From assembly GCA_000004695.1 (NCBI GenBank), contig CM000153.2:3616001-3680000 (forward strand): DNA of 64,000 bases. Reading direction: 5' to 3'. The notes below the pieces were generated by a model that was not told the DNA's origin, did not search any database, and saw only the letters and a program-made list of their open reading frames with translations. This document shows, piece after piece, positions 1-16,172 of this stretch. Origin of the DNA: Dictyostelium discoideum (lineage: Eukaryota). How positions within the stretch are numbered: position 1 is the stretch's first letter; each line of letters starts with the position of its first letter. Both the position numbers and the translations under genes were made by a program.

Positions 1-3240
<3,240 letters not shown>

Positions 3241-3486
3241 GAAAATAAATAAAAATAAAATAAAAATAAAAATTGATTATTCAAATAAAGAAATTAATCA
3301 CCAAATAAAATATTTTCACATTCTACCAATAATTATTCTACGAATAGGTGTTTGGTGTCGCCAAGATATTTTTTTTTTTTTTTTTTTATAATTTTTTTTT
3401 TTTTTTTGATGAAAAAAACCATCAATTTTTTTTTTTTTTTTTTTATTTATTTTTTTATTTTTACTAATTATTTTATTTTAACCAAA

Positions 3487-6099
3487 ATGGAAAACAATAA
3501 TTATAAACTTTATAAATCAGTTTTTGGTAATAAATATTTATCAAATGTAATATTTAAAAATGTTTATAAATTAAATGATCAATATTATGGTCAAAAAGAA
3601 TCATTCACAAGATGTGTAAATTATGAACAAGCATCACTTGAATGGATTTTAAAAAATCAAAAATATGAATTACTTTATGATAAAATTAAATCAAATTATA
3701 AGTTTAGTGAAAATGATGAAGGATTTTCTTTTGTATGGATAAAAAAATTGGTTCAATTATTAACAAGTGAAACTGAAAAAGAAAATAACAATTTTATATT
3801 ATTACAAAAATTTTATAAAAATAATTTAGATACTTTAAAAAAGGTTAAATTATTTCATAGCTCAACAAATTTTATCTGTATTGGTTTATTGGAATTTTCA
3901 ATTTACACTCAAAGTATTGATTTCTTAAAATTAGTTTATCTAGATTATCAAAATGATAATAAAACTAAATCAACTGAAAATGATAATATTTATAAATTTT
4001 TGGATTTATCATTGAAATTTGGGAATTTAGATATTATAAAATTTGTACATAGGGAAATGGGTATTGGTTTAAATGATAGAATTATGGCATTACATTTTTC
4101 AATGTTATCTGAAAATAGAACAGCTGTGGTATACTATTTACTAGATGAAATTAAATTTAAACTACCAACAGAAAAAAAATATCAAAATGAAATTTTATTT
4201 GATAAATTCTTTTTAAATATTATGAAATTAGAATTTGATTTATTTAAACGTCTTTATGAATTAGGTTCACCATTATTCTTTAATAAAATTTATTTAAAAA
4301 GTTTATCATGTTATTTCAATAATACATTCGACATAATTGAAGAAAATAAGAAAACATTTATTCAATTCTTAAATTTCTTTCAAAATTGTATTTTCTTATC
4401 AGCTATTTTATCAAAATCAAAATCAACCATAAAAAGAAATAGTTTATTATTAAAAAAAATAAAACATTTAATAAATTATAATAATAATAATAACAATAAT
4501 AATGAAAATGATAATAATAATAATAACAATAATAATAATAATGAAAATATAATTTATAATTTAGAACAAGATGAATATATAACTATTAAAGAAAATGAAG
4601 ATGAAAAAGCAAATGAGAAGGAAATTGAAAAAAAAGATTTATTTAAAAATGGAAATTGGTTTTCAAATTTTTTAAAATCAAAATCAAAGTCAACAACAAC
4701 AACAACAAGTACTTTTGGAAAATCAGATAAATTAATGGTTAATCCATCATCTAACTATGATAAATTTACAGAAATAAATTATAATAATTTTAATTTTGAA
4801 AGAGAGATTAAAAGAATTTATTTATTTGATTATTTAAAAGTAGAAAATGAAATTTTCATGACAAAAGATAGCTATATGTTGATGGCTCTAGAATTTAAAA
4901 GAAAATACCAAGAAAGTGAAGTTTTCAATGATGCTTCATTTTTAAATTCAACTGGTTTTTATGAATCATTATTTGTGGTATCAGTTCTTTATGCAGATTA
5001 TAAACTATTGGAATTTGATTCATTTGATATTCTTCAAAGAGATAGTCATCTTGAAAAATTAAAATCCTCCTTTAATACTTTCTTTTATAGGAAAAGAAGG
5101 TCAGATTTCCAAGCTTTCTTTTTAGTTTCAAAAGATATAGAGAAACAAATTGAATACATTGATTTTCTTTGCAAGTTAAATATATGTAAAATAGATTCAC
5201 TTTCAGAATTTGTTAGAGAAATAATTTTATCAAAATATTTTATAATACCACAACATGCAGATCTATTGGCAAATTTATTTAAAAAATATTTTTTTAATTC
5301 TAAGAAATCAAATGCTTTAGTTTTTGTTTATAATAGAGAACTATTCAAATATTTTTATAAAAACTATGTAGGACTTTTTGATTGGACATCAGAAATTATT
5401 GCAAATTTATTTGTTAAAAATGATGATATTGAACTCATTGAATTTTTACATGTCAATGGAATTAGTGATTTAAATTTAGCAATTGATTTTTCTCAAACTT
5501 TAAAGATGGCTGATTTTATGATTAAATTAGGTTATAATTTTTCAAAAAAATCTTTGGAAACTATTTCAAATATAGATAATAGTGACGAAACATTTTCATT
5601 ATTCCAATTAGCATTTAAATCATTACAAATGACTTTTTCTAAAGAGAATGATTATGTTGATGCTGAAGCTGATGCTGATGGTGAACCAGTCAATAGTGTT
5701 CAAAAGACTCAAAACTTAATACCAATTTATTTGGTTAGTAAAAATTATAGATGTTTAAAATTCTTGGAGGATAAGGTATTATTGGGTATTTTACATCCTT
5801 CAAAGGTTAATATTCTTTATTCATCACCAAAGAAAATAAATGTATTGACAATGGAAAAATTACTACCCTTTTTCAATCAATTGTATGTTATTAATAATGT
5901 TTTAGATACTTTTAACTATGATATTATTGATTCTTTCTTAAACGAATATAAAAGTAATGATGATAATAAAAATCAAAGTAAATATAAATTAGAAATCGAG
6001 AAATTAACTTTTGTAAAAATAATGAAACTTCATAAATCATCCAAAATTAGATCTCTCATTGAAGAAAATATAAATAATAATTGTTTATCTGTAAAATAA
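3487..6099 (+). CDS. Hypothetical N/K/F-rich protein of about 870 aa, single exon, with weak ankyrin-like periodicity
   Basis: Long ORF. The likely ATG is at 3487 (MENNNYKLYK...); the upstream in-frame extension is only poly-F from a T-tract. Codon usage is Dictyostelium-like. No confident family assignment from sequence alone. Confidence 0.5.
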   Translation: MENNNYKLYKSVFGNKYLSNVIFKNVYKLNDQYYGQKESFTRCVNYEQASLEWILKNQKYELLYDKIKSNYKFSENDEGFSFVWIKKLVQLLTSETEKENNNFILLQKFYKNNLDTLKKVKLFHSSTNFICIGLLEFSIYTQSIDFLKLVYLDYQNDNKTKSTENDNIYKFLDLSLKFGNLDIIKFVHREMGIGLNDRIMALHFSMLSENRTAVVYYLLDEIKFKLPTEKKYQNEILFDKFFLNIMKLEFDLFKRLYELGSPLFFNKIYLKSLSCYFNNTFDIIEENKKTFIQFLNFFQNCIFLSAILSKSKSTIKRNSLLLKKIKHLINYNNNNNNNNENDNNNNNNNNNNENIIYNLEQDEYITIKENEDEKANEKEIEKKDLFKNGNWFSNFLKSKSKSTTTTTSTFGKSDKLMVNPSSNYDKFTEINYNNFNFEREIKRIYLFDYLKVENEIFMTKDSYMLMALEFKRKYQESEVFNDASFLNSTGFYESLFVVSVLYADYKLLEFDSFDILQRDSHLEKLKSSFNTFFYRKRRSDFQAFFLVSKDIEKQIEYIDFLCKLNICKIDSLSEFVREIILSKYFIIPQHADLLANLFKKYFFNSKKSNALVFVYNRELFKYFYKNYVGLFDWTSEIIANLFVKNDDIELIEFLHVNGISDLNLAIDFSQTLKMADFMIKLGYNFSKKSLETISNIDNSDETFSLFQLAFKSLQMTFSKENDYVDAEADADGEPVNSVQKTQNLIPIYLVSKNYRCLKFLEDKVLLGILHPSKVNILYSSPKKINVLTMEKLLPFFNQLYVINNVLDTFNYDIIDSFLNEYKSNDDNKNQSKYKLEIEKLTFVKIMKLHKSSKIRSLIEENINNNCLSVK

Positions 6100-6144
6100 A
6101 ATAAACAAAATTAAATAAAAAAATAAAATTAAATGTATAATAAA

Positions 6145-6183
<39 letters not shown>

Positions 6184-6847
6184 CCTTGTGTTTTTATTAA
6201 GTACCTCCAAATATATCAAATAATTTGTTTTAAAATAATCAATAAATAAATTTATAAATCTTAATTAAAAACTAAGACACTTTTATTTATCAATTTACTT
6301 ATTTTTTTATTTATTTATTTTTTTATTTTTTTTTTTATTTTTTTTTTTTGACAAAAACAAAAACAAAAATAAACAACACATTTGAAAATAAAAAAAAAAA
6401 AAAAGAACTGTGTTGAGGTTCGCAAATAAATTAAAAAAAAACTCTAAGTAATTTTTTTTTTTAATTTTTTTTTTTTTTATATTATTTCTTTTATTTTTTT
6501 ATTTTTATTTTTTTTATTTTTGGTAATCTTAACCACCTTTATTCAAACACCGCGGTTGGGTATTGTTTTTTTTTTTTTTTTTTTATTTTTTTTTTTTTTT
6601 TTTTTAAGTTTCCTTTTAAAATTAGATTCGTTAAAAAAAAAAAAAAACGATATTTTTTTTTATTTTTTAAAAAAAAAAAAAAATTTTCAAAATTAAATTA
6701 ATCGAAAAACGAAACAAATTTTTTTTTTTTTTTTTTTTTTTTCTTTCGACAAAACCAACCAAAAGGTATACTCCTAAACAAGAACAAATAATATAAATAA
6801 TATATATTAATATATATATATACACACACATATAAATTCATATAAAA

Positions 6848-7276
6848 ATGGCAAATAATAATATTATGGGTATTGACTTTGGTACACATTTCGCATGTGT
6901 TGGTATTTTCAAGAATGAAAGAATTGAAATCTGTCCAAATCAACAAGGTAACAGAACTACTCCATCAGTTGTTTCATTCGTTGGTGACGATAAATTAGTT
7001 GGTGATGAAGCTAAAGCACAAATGGATAGAAATCCATTAAATACAATTTATGATGTTAAAAGATTATTAGGTAGAAAAACTACTGACGAATTATTTGATG
7101 TAAGTTTTACCGGAAAATAAAAAAATAAAAAAATAAAAATAAAAATAAAAAATAATAATAAAATTATCGATTTATAACAACTCACACACCATATAAAAAT
7201 AATTAAATTTAAATATATATTTATATTTTCTAATTATTCATTTTTTTTTTTTTCTCGGTTTTTTTTTTTTTTTTTC

Positions 7277-7309
<33 letters not shown>

Positions 7310-8630
7310 ATTATTATTATTATTATAGCATGAAGTTAAAAAATTATCATTTAAAGTTACAACATATGAAGATAATAATGAAAAGATTGAATTTCAAGTT
7401 AACTATAAATCAAATGTTGTTACATTAACACCAATTGAAATTGCAACCAGTATTTTAGAACAAATTAAACATACTGCAGAGACATTTATTGGTGGTGAAT
7501 CAATTAAGAAGGCCGTTATATCAGTACCAACAGATTTCACAGAGAAACAAAGAAACGATTTGAAAGAGGCAGCCACAGCAGCAGGTATTACAGTTGTTAG
7601 AATGATTCATGAACATTCAGCAGTTGCATTAGCATATGGTTATGATCAAGTTAAGGAATGTTCAGAGACAACTAATGAATCAAAGGAGAGCAATGTTATG
7701 GTATTCGATTTGGGTGGTAGTGGTGTATCAGCATCAATGATTAGAGTTAGATCTAAATTATTCGAAATGATTGGTAATGTCTCTGATCACACTGTAAGTG
7801 GTGAGCATTTCGACCATGTTTTAGTACAACATTTCACCCAAGAATTCAACAGAAAATATAGATGTGACTTGACAGACAATGCACGTTCAAAGGCCAAATT
7901 AAAGAGTGCCTGTGAAAAAGCCAAGAGAAACCTTTCAAATATGACCCAAGCCGCTTTGGAAATCGATTCACTCTATGATGGTCGTGATTTCTTTACAAAC
8001 ATCACCAGAGCTCGTTTCGAAGATATGGCAAGTGGTTTAATTAAAGGTTCAATCAATGCCGTCTCTCAACTCTTAGAGAAATGTAATATGACTAAAGAAC
8101 AAGTTGATAAGGTTTTATTGGTTGGTGGTGCTTCTCGTATTCCTTCCGTTCAAAATCAATTACTCAACTTCTTTGATAATAGACAAGACATCTTGGAGAG
8201 ATCAATGAATCAAGAGGAGGTCGTCGCCCATGGTACCACCATTCAAGCAACTATCCTTGCCGCCGATAAATCTAATCAATCTTTGACCTGTAATTCTTCA
8301 AATATCTCTATGGGTGCTCCATTCAGTGCTAAATTCACCCCTGTCACTATCGGTATCCAAGATTCAAATGGTAATTTAATCCCAATCATTCCTTCATCTT
8401 CCCTCATTCCATGCAAACGTACTTTCACTTTAAATACTTCCTCTGAAAATCAAGATAATCTTAATATGGCAGTCTATCAAGGTAGTGCACCACTCGCCAA
8501 AGATAATCAATTGGTTTCACGTTTCATCTTTAAATCTTCTCCAAATCCAATCGATGTCACTTTTGAAATTGATAATAACAATACTTTATTAATTAAATCC
8601 GAACAAGCAAATTATTCAATTAAATTTTAA
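6848..8630 (+). CDS. Divergent short Hsp70-family protein, most similar to HSPA14/Hsp70L1 (ribosome-associated complex Hsp70). Exons 6848..7099 and 7329..8630, about 518 aa.
   Basis: Exon 1 reads MANNNIMGIDFGTHFACVGIF...NQQGNRTTPSVVSF (Hsp70 phosphate-1 and connect-1 motifs). GTAAGT donor at 7100, TTATAG acceptor at 7327/7328, in-frame junction. Exon 2 reads VISVPTDFTEKQRNDLKEAATAAGITVVRMIHEHSAVALAYGYDQ, which resembles HSPA14 [43 protein letters not shown]. It also has LLVGGASRIP. There is no full substrate-binding domain and no EEVD tail. Confidence 0.7.
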
Positions 8631-9409
8631 AAATTAAACTATTAAATATTATAAAAAAATTCAAATAATAATAATAATAATAATAATTAATAACAAATAA
8701 ATAAAAATAAAAATAAAAAAAAAATAAAAAAAAGTAATACACGGTAAATAATTTGATTTTCAAATTAAAAAATAGTATTAAAAAAAAAAAAAAAAATTAA
8801 AAAAAAAAAAAAAAATCTAAAAATAAACAATCTAAAAATAAACTTATATAATACGAATAGTATATAAGAAGATAAAAATATAATCATAAAAAAAAAAAAA
8901 AAAAAAAATAATAAAAATAATAAAAATAAAAAAAATAATAAAATTAAAAACAAGTATGATTGTGTGTTCACCATTTAAATAAAAAATTATTTCTATTAAT
9001 TTTTTTAAACACTATTTAAAAAATGGGTTTGTGTTTGTTAAAAAAAAAAAAAAAAAAAATGGATAATTATTTTGTTGATACATTATCTTTTTTTTATATA
9101 TTTATTTATTTTTTTTTTTGAAGATTTAGATAATTCCAGGGTTCACCAAAAAGGATATTTTTTTCAATTCCTATTTTTTTTTTTTTTTTTTTTTTATTAA
9201 TATCATTTATTTTATTTTTATTTTATTTTTTTATTTTTATTTTATTTTTATTTTTATTTTCTTTTTTTATTTCAAACCTTTTACACAAATATCTTTTTTT
9301 AAAAAAAAAAATCAAAAAATTTTTTTTTTTTGATCACCAGGTTGAGGTATTATTGGAATCAAAAAAAAAAAAAAAAATAAAAAAAAATAAAAAATTTCCT
9401 TCAATTGAA

Positions 9410-9450
<41 letters not shown>

Positions 9451-9721
9451 TTTTTATTTTATTTTTTTATATTTTTTTCTCTTATTCCCAACAAATATTA
9501 TTTTTATTTTTATTTTTATTTTTATTTTTATTAATCAAATTTAAAAACAAAACAAAAATAATAAAAAAAATAAAAAACAAAAATAAAAAATAAAAACAAA
9601 AAAAAAAAATAAAAAAAAAAAAATAAAAAAAAGCATTTTTGAAATAAAAAAAATAAAAACAAAAAAAAAAAAAAAACCGACATACAATATCTTGGTATCA
9701 AATAAATATATATTTATAAAT

Positions 9722-9901
9722 ATGGATACCACAACAATATCTGATATCAGAAATTCAAAAATATCAATTAATATAGCTGAAAATAGGGAACAATTTGGAA
9801 AGAAATTTACAGAATATATCATTGATATTACAAATTCAAATGGTCATGAATATACAATTGCAAGAAGATTTTCAGAATTTCATTCACTTTATGAATTGGT
9901 A

Positions 9902-9940
<39 letters not shown>

Positions 9941-10918
9941 AATTTAACTAACAATTATTTATTTTTTTACTTTTTATTTGTTGTTTTTTATTTTTAAATT
10001 TAGTTAGTTCATAATTATCAAATTCAATTCCCATTTCCACCTAAAAAATTAAATAAATTAAATGTTAATATTATAGAGATTAGAAAGAAGGCATTACAAG
10101 ACTTTTTAAAATTTTTAGTTATCCATCCATCGGCATCCGTAAGAAAATCTGATGATGTAATTAGATTTTTGGATCAAAATACAGCAAGTTTTAATAATAG
10201 TTTGTATCAAATTTTATTTTTTTATTTATTTATTTTATATTAACATATTTAAAATCTATTTTCACCTTTTTTTTTTTTATTATTTTTTTATTGAAAAAAA
10301 GAATTAATTAAAGAGAAATTAACATTCGAACAAGTTAATCAAAAAAAGAAATCAGTTAAATTAGAAGTATCAATTGTGGAGGGTAAAGAATTTAGATTAC
10401 AAAAGAAATCAATGTGGGATATAGTTTCATATTGTATTTTCGATGTTGGACATGAACCTATTGATGGTCAAAAATCAACTAAAAAAACATCAATCATTGC
10501 AGGTCCATATCCAAGATGGAGTTATAAAACAAAAGTTACAATTAAATCAAGCGAACCACAAAAAACATTATACTTTAAAGTATTTAATCAAGAATCAACT
10601 TTATCAATAACTCCTTCAGGTGGTAGTAGTGGTAGTGGTAGTGGTAGTAGTGGTAGTAATAATATAAATAATAATATAAATAATAATAACAGCAATAATA
10701 ATAATAGTAATATAAATAACGGTGGTAGTGGTATTTTAGATGATAATAATAGTGGTAGTGTTACAATTAACACCAAAGATTGTAAAGTAGATTTAATTGG
10801 ATCTTGTTCTGTTGATATCGATAAATTACAAATTACAAATCAATCTCCAACTTTGCATGTATTACATTTAGAACCTGAAGGTTCTGGTGAAATCTTAATT
10901 TCATTATTATTATTGTAA
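9722..10918 (+). CDS. PX-domain plus C2-like domain protein. Exons 9722..9898, 10004..10187, 10302..10918; about 325 aa.
   Basis: The PX signature (RRFSEFHSLYELV ... FPFPPKKL ... IRKKALQDFLKFLVIHP) is split by an intron (GTAATT donor, AATTTAG acceptor). Exon 3 has a C2-like block (KLEVSIVEGKEFRLQKK...YFKVFNQ), then a Gly/Ser/Asn-rich tail. Splice phases 0/1 are consistent. Confidence 0.6.
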
Positions 10919-11362
10919 AAAAAACAGGAAAAAAAAAAAACAGGAAAAAAAAAAAAAAAAGGAAAAAAAGGGAAAACTTGAATTCAAATTGATAAAAATA
11001 AATCTCTTTAATTTTATTTTTTTCATATTTTTTGGGATTAAAAATAAAATAAAATAAAATAAAATAAAATAAAATGAAATAAATTAAAATAAAATAAAAA
11101 TTAAAAATAAAATTGTATATATTTTTTAAAATTTATTTTGTTTTATTTTATTTTTATAAAAAAAAAAAGGGTTCGATGCTATGATTTAATTTTATTTTTT
11201 ATTAATATGAATTTAGTATTATAAAAATAGAGCACTAAAAAATACACAAAATGATATAAAATATTAAAAAAATGAATGTAACCATTCTGTTTTTTTAAAT
11301 TCAATTTATTTTTTTTAATTTTTTTTTTAATTTATTTTTTTATTTTTTTTTATTTTTGGAAA

Positions 11363-11399
<37 letters not shown>

Positions 11400-11426
11400 C
11401 AAAAACCCACACTCACAGTCATAGCA

Positions 11427-12657
11427 ATGGATAAATATAATATTGAAGCATTAATTGGTGAGGGTACATATGGTGTTGTTTCAAGAGCAACAGTAAAAGC
11501 AACAGGTCAAATTGTTGCAATAAAGAAAATTAGGAAGATATTAATTCAAAATCAAACTGATGATGGTATAAATTTCTCTGCCATTAGGGAAATTAAAATA
11601 TTACAAGAGTTAAAACATGATAATGTAGTTAATGTATGTTTTATTATTTTTATTATTTTTATTATTATTTTTTATTTTTACTAAAAAAAAAAAAAAAATT
11701 TAAAAGTTACTTGATATTTTTGCACATAAAAGTAATGTTTATTTAGTATTTGAATTAATGCAATGGGATTTACAAGAAGTTATTGAAGATAAAAGTATCA
11801 TTTTAAAACCAGCAGATATTAAAAGTTATATGAAAATGTTATTACAAGGTATTGAAGCATGCCATAGGAATTGGGTATTACATCGTGATCTTAAACCAAA
11901 CAATCTTTTGATGTCAATAAATGGTGATTTGAAATTGGCGGATTTTGGTTTAGCAAGACAATATGGTAGTCCTAATAAAGTTTTCTCACCACAAGCCGTA
12001 ACAATGTATGTACATCAAATCGTTATTATTATTATTTCTATTTTTATTATTAACATTAATAATAATATTAATATTAATACCCCTATGAAATAAATAGTTT
12101 TTACAGAGCACCAGAACTTTTATTTGGAGCAAAATCATATGGACCATCAGTTGATATTTGGTCAATTGGTTGTATATTTGCAGAACTTATGTTAAGAACT
12201 CCATATCTACCAGGTACTGGTGAAATTGATCAATTAAGAAAGATTTGTTCTGCTTTGGGCACTCCAAATGAATCAAATTGGCCAGTATGTTATTTTATTT
12301 TTATTATAATATTTAAATAATGGGAAATTAATAATATTAACAAAAACAATAATTAAAATTTTAATTAATTAGGGTGTAACATGTTTACCAAATTATATTA
12401 AATTTACAGATCACCCAGCAACACCATTCAAACAATTATTTACAGCAGCAAGCGATGAAGCAATTGACTTAATTAGTAAAATGTTGTTATTTAATCCTTC
12501 AAATAGAATTTCAGCTGCTGATGCTTTAAATCATCCATATTTCACATCTGGTGTAAAACATACTAATCCTGCTGATTTACCAGTACCATTTGCTAAAAAA
12601 GCATCATTATTACAACAACGTCAAGTTTTAGCTCAAGTTCAACAACAATTATTACAA

Positions 12658-12693
<36 letters not shown>

Positions 12694-12762
12694 ATTCAAT
12701 CACAACCAGAGCCAATTCAAGTTGACAATGTAGAACAAACCCAACAAGCCCAACAAGTTTAA
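11427..12762 (+). CDS. cdk7: Cyclin-dependent kinase 7 (CAK catalytic subunit). Exons 11427..11633, 11707..12005, 12098..12284, 12373..12762; 360 aa.
   Basis: GEGTYGVV...AIKKI (glycine loop, VAIK), [16 protein letters not shown] (CDK7-specific [14 protein letters not shown]), [13 protein letters not shown], and C-terminal poly-Q. Collinear with human CDK7 throughout. GTATGT donors. The exon 2/3 junction was chosen to preserve YRAPE. Confidence 0.85.
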
Positions 12763-13116
12763 AAAAAAAAAAAATAACTCAAAAAAACAACTCAAAAAAA
12801 AAAAAAGAAAAAGAAAAAAAAAACCAACACAAGAAACAATTAATTTTATATTCTTGGATTTTTTTTTTCTTTGTAATTTAAATAATTAATCCGGCTATAA
12901 AAAAAAAAAAAAAAAATAAATAAATTAATTTTTTTTTTCCCAAAAATAAAAATAAAAATAAAAAAAAAAAAAAAAAAAAAAAAAAACCAAAAATAAATTT
13001 GGTGATCAAATTGAAATTTAATTTATATAAATAAAAACGTGAACATATGATTTTACATGAAATTTTATAATTAGTAATAAAAAAAAAAAAAAAAAAAAGT
13101 TATAGATAAATAAATA

Positions 13117-14074
13117 ATGTTTCAACAAAATAAACATCACCAACAACAACAACAGCAACAGCAACAACAAGGTGTAGTTCAATCAGGTGTTGCATCAGCA
13201 ACAGTTAATAATCCATCAGAATCAATAGTTGCAGGTAATATATATGAATGTAGTTTACATGGTATTCTATCAACTCCATCATCAACATTTATACAAAGAG
13301 CAAAGGGTATGATGAGATGTGAACATCCTGTATCCTACAAAGAGATGGTATTCAAATCAACTGTGCAAAGTGCAGGTCCAAGTTGGGCTGAGGGATCAAT
13401 TTTACCATCAGAGATCCATGTAAGATATGAAAAGAATACTGTATACGTTAGATATGTTGGTGTACCTCAAATTAAAGATAATATAAATGCAATGATTAGA
13501 AATGTAGTTGATATAAAATCTTCTGAAACATTTTTTATATATTTAGAGAATTTAGGTTATGTGTAATGTATCTTTTTTTATTTATTTAAAATTCTTTTTT
13601 TTTTTTTCATTATTAACTAATTGAAAATTAAAATTTATTTTAATAATTTTAGAAAGGATTATGAATATTTTGTAGATGGTTATCAATATAGTACGTATAA
13701 TTTATCACTTTTTTTAGTTAATCATAGAAGAGTATTAAATGTATGTAGAATTTTATATAAATAGTGAACTTTAAATAAATAAAAAAAAAAAAACTTTTAT
13801 TAATTGATAATTGTTTATATATATATTAACCATTATAAAAAAAAAAAAAAAGGATGGAACAAAGGGTGAACTATTAAATAAACACAGTATGGTAGAGTTA
13901 CAATGTTTGTCAGGTGAAGAAGGGTTTGTGGCAGCAGCAGAATATTTAAATACATATGCAGAATATTTATATCCATTCGTAGAGTTAATCAAATTTGACC
14001 ATAGGTTATTAACAGCCGAAAATAGTAATACTCCAACCACCAATGTAAATGTAGTTGGTGGATATAATAGGTAG
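13117..14074 (+). CDS. med18: Mediator complex subunit 18 (Med18/Srb5). Exons 13117..13560, 13657..13740, 13853..14074; about 249 aa.
   Basis: YECSLHGIL...KEMVF...VRYVGVPQIKDNINAMIRNVVDIKSSETFFIYLENLGY parallels human MED18 LRYLGQPEMGDKNRHALVRNCVDIATSENLTDFLMEMGF. Exon 3 ELQCLSGEEGFVAAAEYLNTYAEYLYPFVELIKFD parallels ELSVVAPAGQD...NFAEQLKPLVHLEKID. In-frame GT...AG junctions. Confidence 0.7.
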
Positions 14075-14132
14075 AAAACTTTAAACTAAATAAAATAAAT
14101 GTACAAATTAAAAAAAACTTTATTTATCTCAT

Positions 14133-15005
14133 TTATTTTTTTTTTGAAGAGATTTGACCACCACTATACTTTAAATATGAAAATGTAGATAGTTCATTAT
14201 TATCATTTGATGATGTTGAATTCTGATTTCTTAAAATATCCTCTTTTTTTCTTTCATTTTGTTCTCTTTCAATTCTTTCTTTTCTTAATTGTTCTATTGT
14301 TTTTTTGGTTGAAGAGGAAGATGATGCAGAGGTTTTAGATATGGAAGAGGAAGAAGAGGAGGAAGAAGTTAACCTTTTTTCTTTTCCTAGTGCCTTATCA
14401 ACTATATGAATTGGATCCTCTTTTTCTTTTATCCAATTTTCTCTTTTTTGTTTTTTCCATTCTTTTCTATCTTTTCTATAATCTTCTGAACCTTTATTGC
14501 TTTTATCATAATCGTTATTTGTTTCTAATTCCCAAAATGGTTTTTGTCTATTATATTCATATGAACTTTCACCTAATTTAATGTTTGAAATTCTATTGGG
14601 GTCAATAGGTTCTTTATTTAGATTACCATTTTTAAATTTACCACTTATAAAAACCACATCTTGAATACCTTCAAAAATATTCATTAATGAGGCATTATTA
14701 TTATTGTTATTATTATCACTATTATTATTATTATTATTATTATTATTTATAGTTTTATTAATTTCATTTTTTACATCTTTATCGTTGTTATTATTATTAT
14801 TATATTGATTTTCTTCATCATTTTCAATTGATTTTCTTTTCTTTGATTCATCTTTTAAATGTTTATATCTTAATTCACTTTGAATCTCTTGTTGCCTTTT
14901 TCTTTCTTTTTCTAATTTCTCTTGATGTTCTCTTTCATCTCTTTGAACTTTTTCTTTATTTTTTGCATTATAAACATTCCATGATTTTTTAGGTAATAAA
15001 TTCAT
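14133..15005 (-). CDS. LENG1/Cir_N-domain protein (leukocyte receptor cluster member 1 homolog), about 290 aa, single exon
   Basis: Minus-strand ORF. The N-terminus MNLLPKKSWNVYNAKNKEKVQRDE matches the Cir_N motif of LENG1 (MNILPKKSWHVRNKDNV..RRDE). The rest is charged K/E/R-rich with a poly-N insert. The upstream in-frame MKKKK extension is a poly-A tract and is rejected. Confidence 0.65.
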   Translation of the reverse strand: MNLLPKKSWNVYNAKNKEKVQRDEREHQEKLEKERKRQQEIQSELRYKHLKDESKKRKSIENDEENQYNNNNNNDKDVKNEINKTINNNNNNNNNSDNNNNNNNASLMNIFEGIQDVVFISGKFKNGNLNKEPIDPNRISNIKLGESSYEYNRQKPFWELETNNDYDKSNKGSEDYRKDRKEWKKQKRENWIKEKEDPIHIVDKALGKEKRLTSSSSSSSSISKTSASSSSSTKKTIEQLRKERIEREQNERKKEDILRNQNSTSSNDNNELSTFSYLKYSGGQISSKKK

Positions 15006-15210
15006 ATTAATTATATTTAATGTTGTTGTGTGTGTGTTGGGGAAATGAATAAATAATAATTTTTTTTTTTTTTTTTTATTTTTTTTTTTTTTCAATGTGT
15101 TGAAAAAATGTTAAAGTGAAAATTTTTATGTGAGAAAATGTAAAAAATAAACTTGGACTTGATTTGTTTATGTTTTACTTTTTTATTTTTTATTTTTTTT
15201 ATTTTTTGAT

Positions 15211-15876
15211 TTAAAATTTATCTTTCAAAGATCTAATGAAACCTAAAACATCAATTGGAGAAGGTGGATTAATTGAATTTGGATTTTCTTTTAAGTAATG
15301 ATTGTAAATTGATGGTAAATGGCATCTCATGAATGGATTAATTAATTTTTCTTGAGCAATAGAGGAAGGTACAGTGAATTCACCATTTGCAAGTTTCTCT
15401 TTACATTGATCATAGAAATTATATAATTCTTTATTTTCATTTTCAGATTCTAAGGTTTTTGCAAATTCTAAATTCTTTAAAGTATATTCATGACCAACAT
15501 AAACTAAGGTATTGTCAGGTAGTTTACCAATTACATTGTAAAGTGCATTATACATTTGTTCTGGATTACCTTCGAATAAACGACCACATCCACCAATGAA
15601 TAATGTATCACCAGTGAATAAAGACTTTACTTGATTGGGTTCATTCTCATCTTCAATTAAATATAAAACATGAGAGCTTGTATGTGCTGGTGCATCTAAA
15701 GTCTTAATCTTTAATGAACCAATCTTTAAAACTTCATTATTCTCTAACTTTTTTGTTATACCTTCAAATCTTTCATCTCTACCATAAACATTGATATCTT
15801 TAATTATTGTTTTTATTAAATTATTACCACCTGCATGATCCCTATTAATTATTATTATTTTTATTAGTATTTCACA

Positions 15877-15913
<37 letters not shown>

Positions 15914-16172
15914 AGTACCAATGATGATGAGTTGTAAAAACAGAGTTAATTTTAATATCACTTGAGATTGAAGATAATGATGAAATTACTTTATTTGGTT
16001 CACATGGATCAATTGCTATTGCTACTTTATTCTTTTCATCGATTACTAAATAACTATAGTTATCTTTGTTTACTAATACTGGTTGAACTTTCATTTTATT
16101 TATATTATTATTTTTAAAATAAAATCTTTTTAAATTATTGGTGCTTTTAAAGTTTGAAAATATTTTGGACAT
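15211..16172 (-). CDS. gloB: Hydroxyacylglutathione hydrolase (glyoxalase II). Exons 16172..15919 and 15841..15211, minus strand.
   Basis: Exon 1 ends ...VFTTHHHW. Exon 2 starts DHAGGN (the metallo-beta-lactamase THxHxDH motif is split by a 77-nt intron with a GTACTT donor and AATAG acceptor, phase 2). The sequence continues with typical glyoxalase II motifs (FTGDTLFIGGCGRLFEG, HEYT). Confidence 0.8.

Noticed and set aside
8765-9822. Poly-F/poly-K ORFs in the 8.6-9.7 kb intergenic region
   Set aside because: Pure A/T homopolymer runs; no coding potential.
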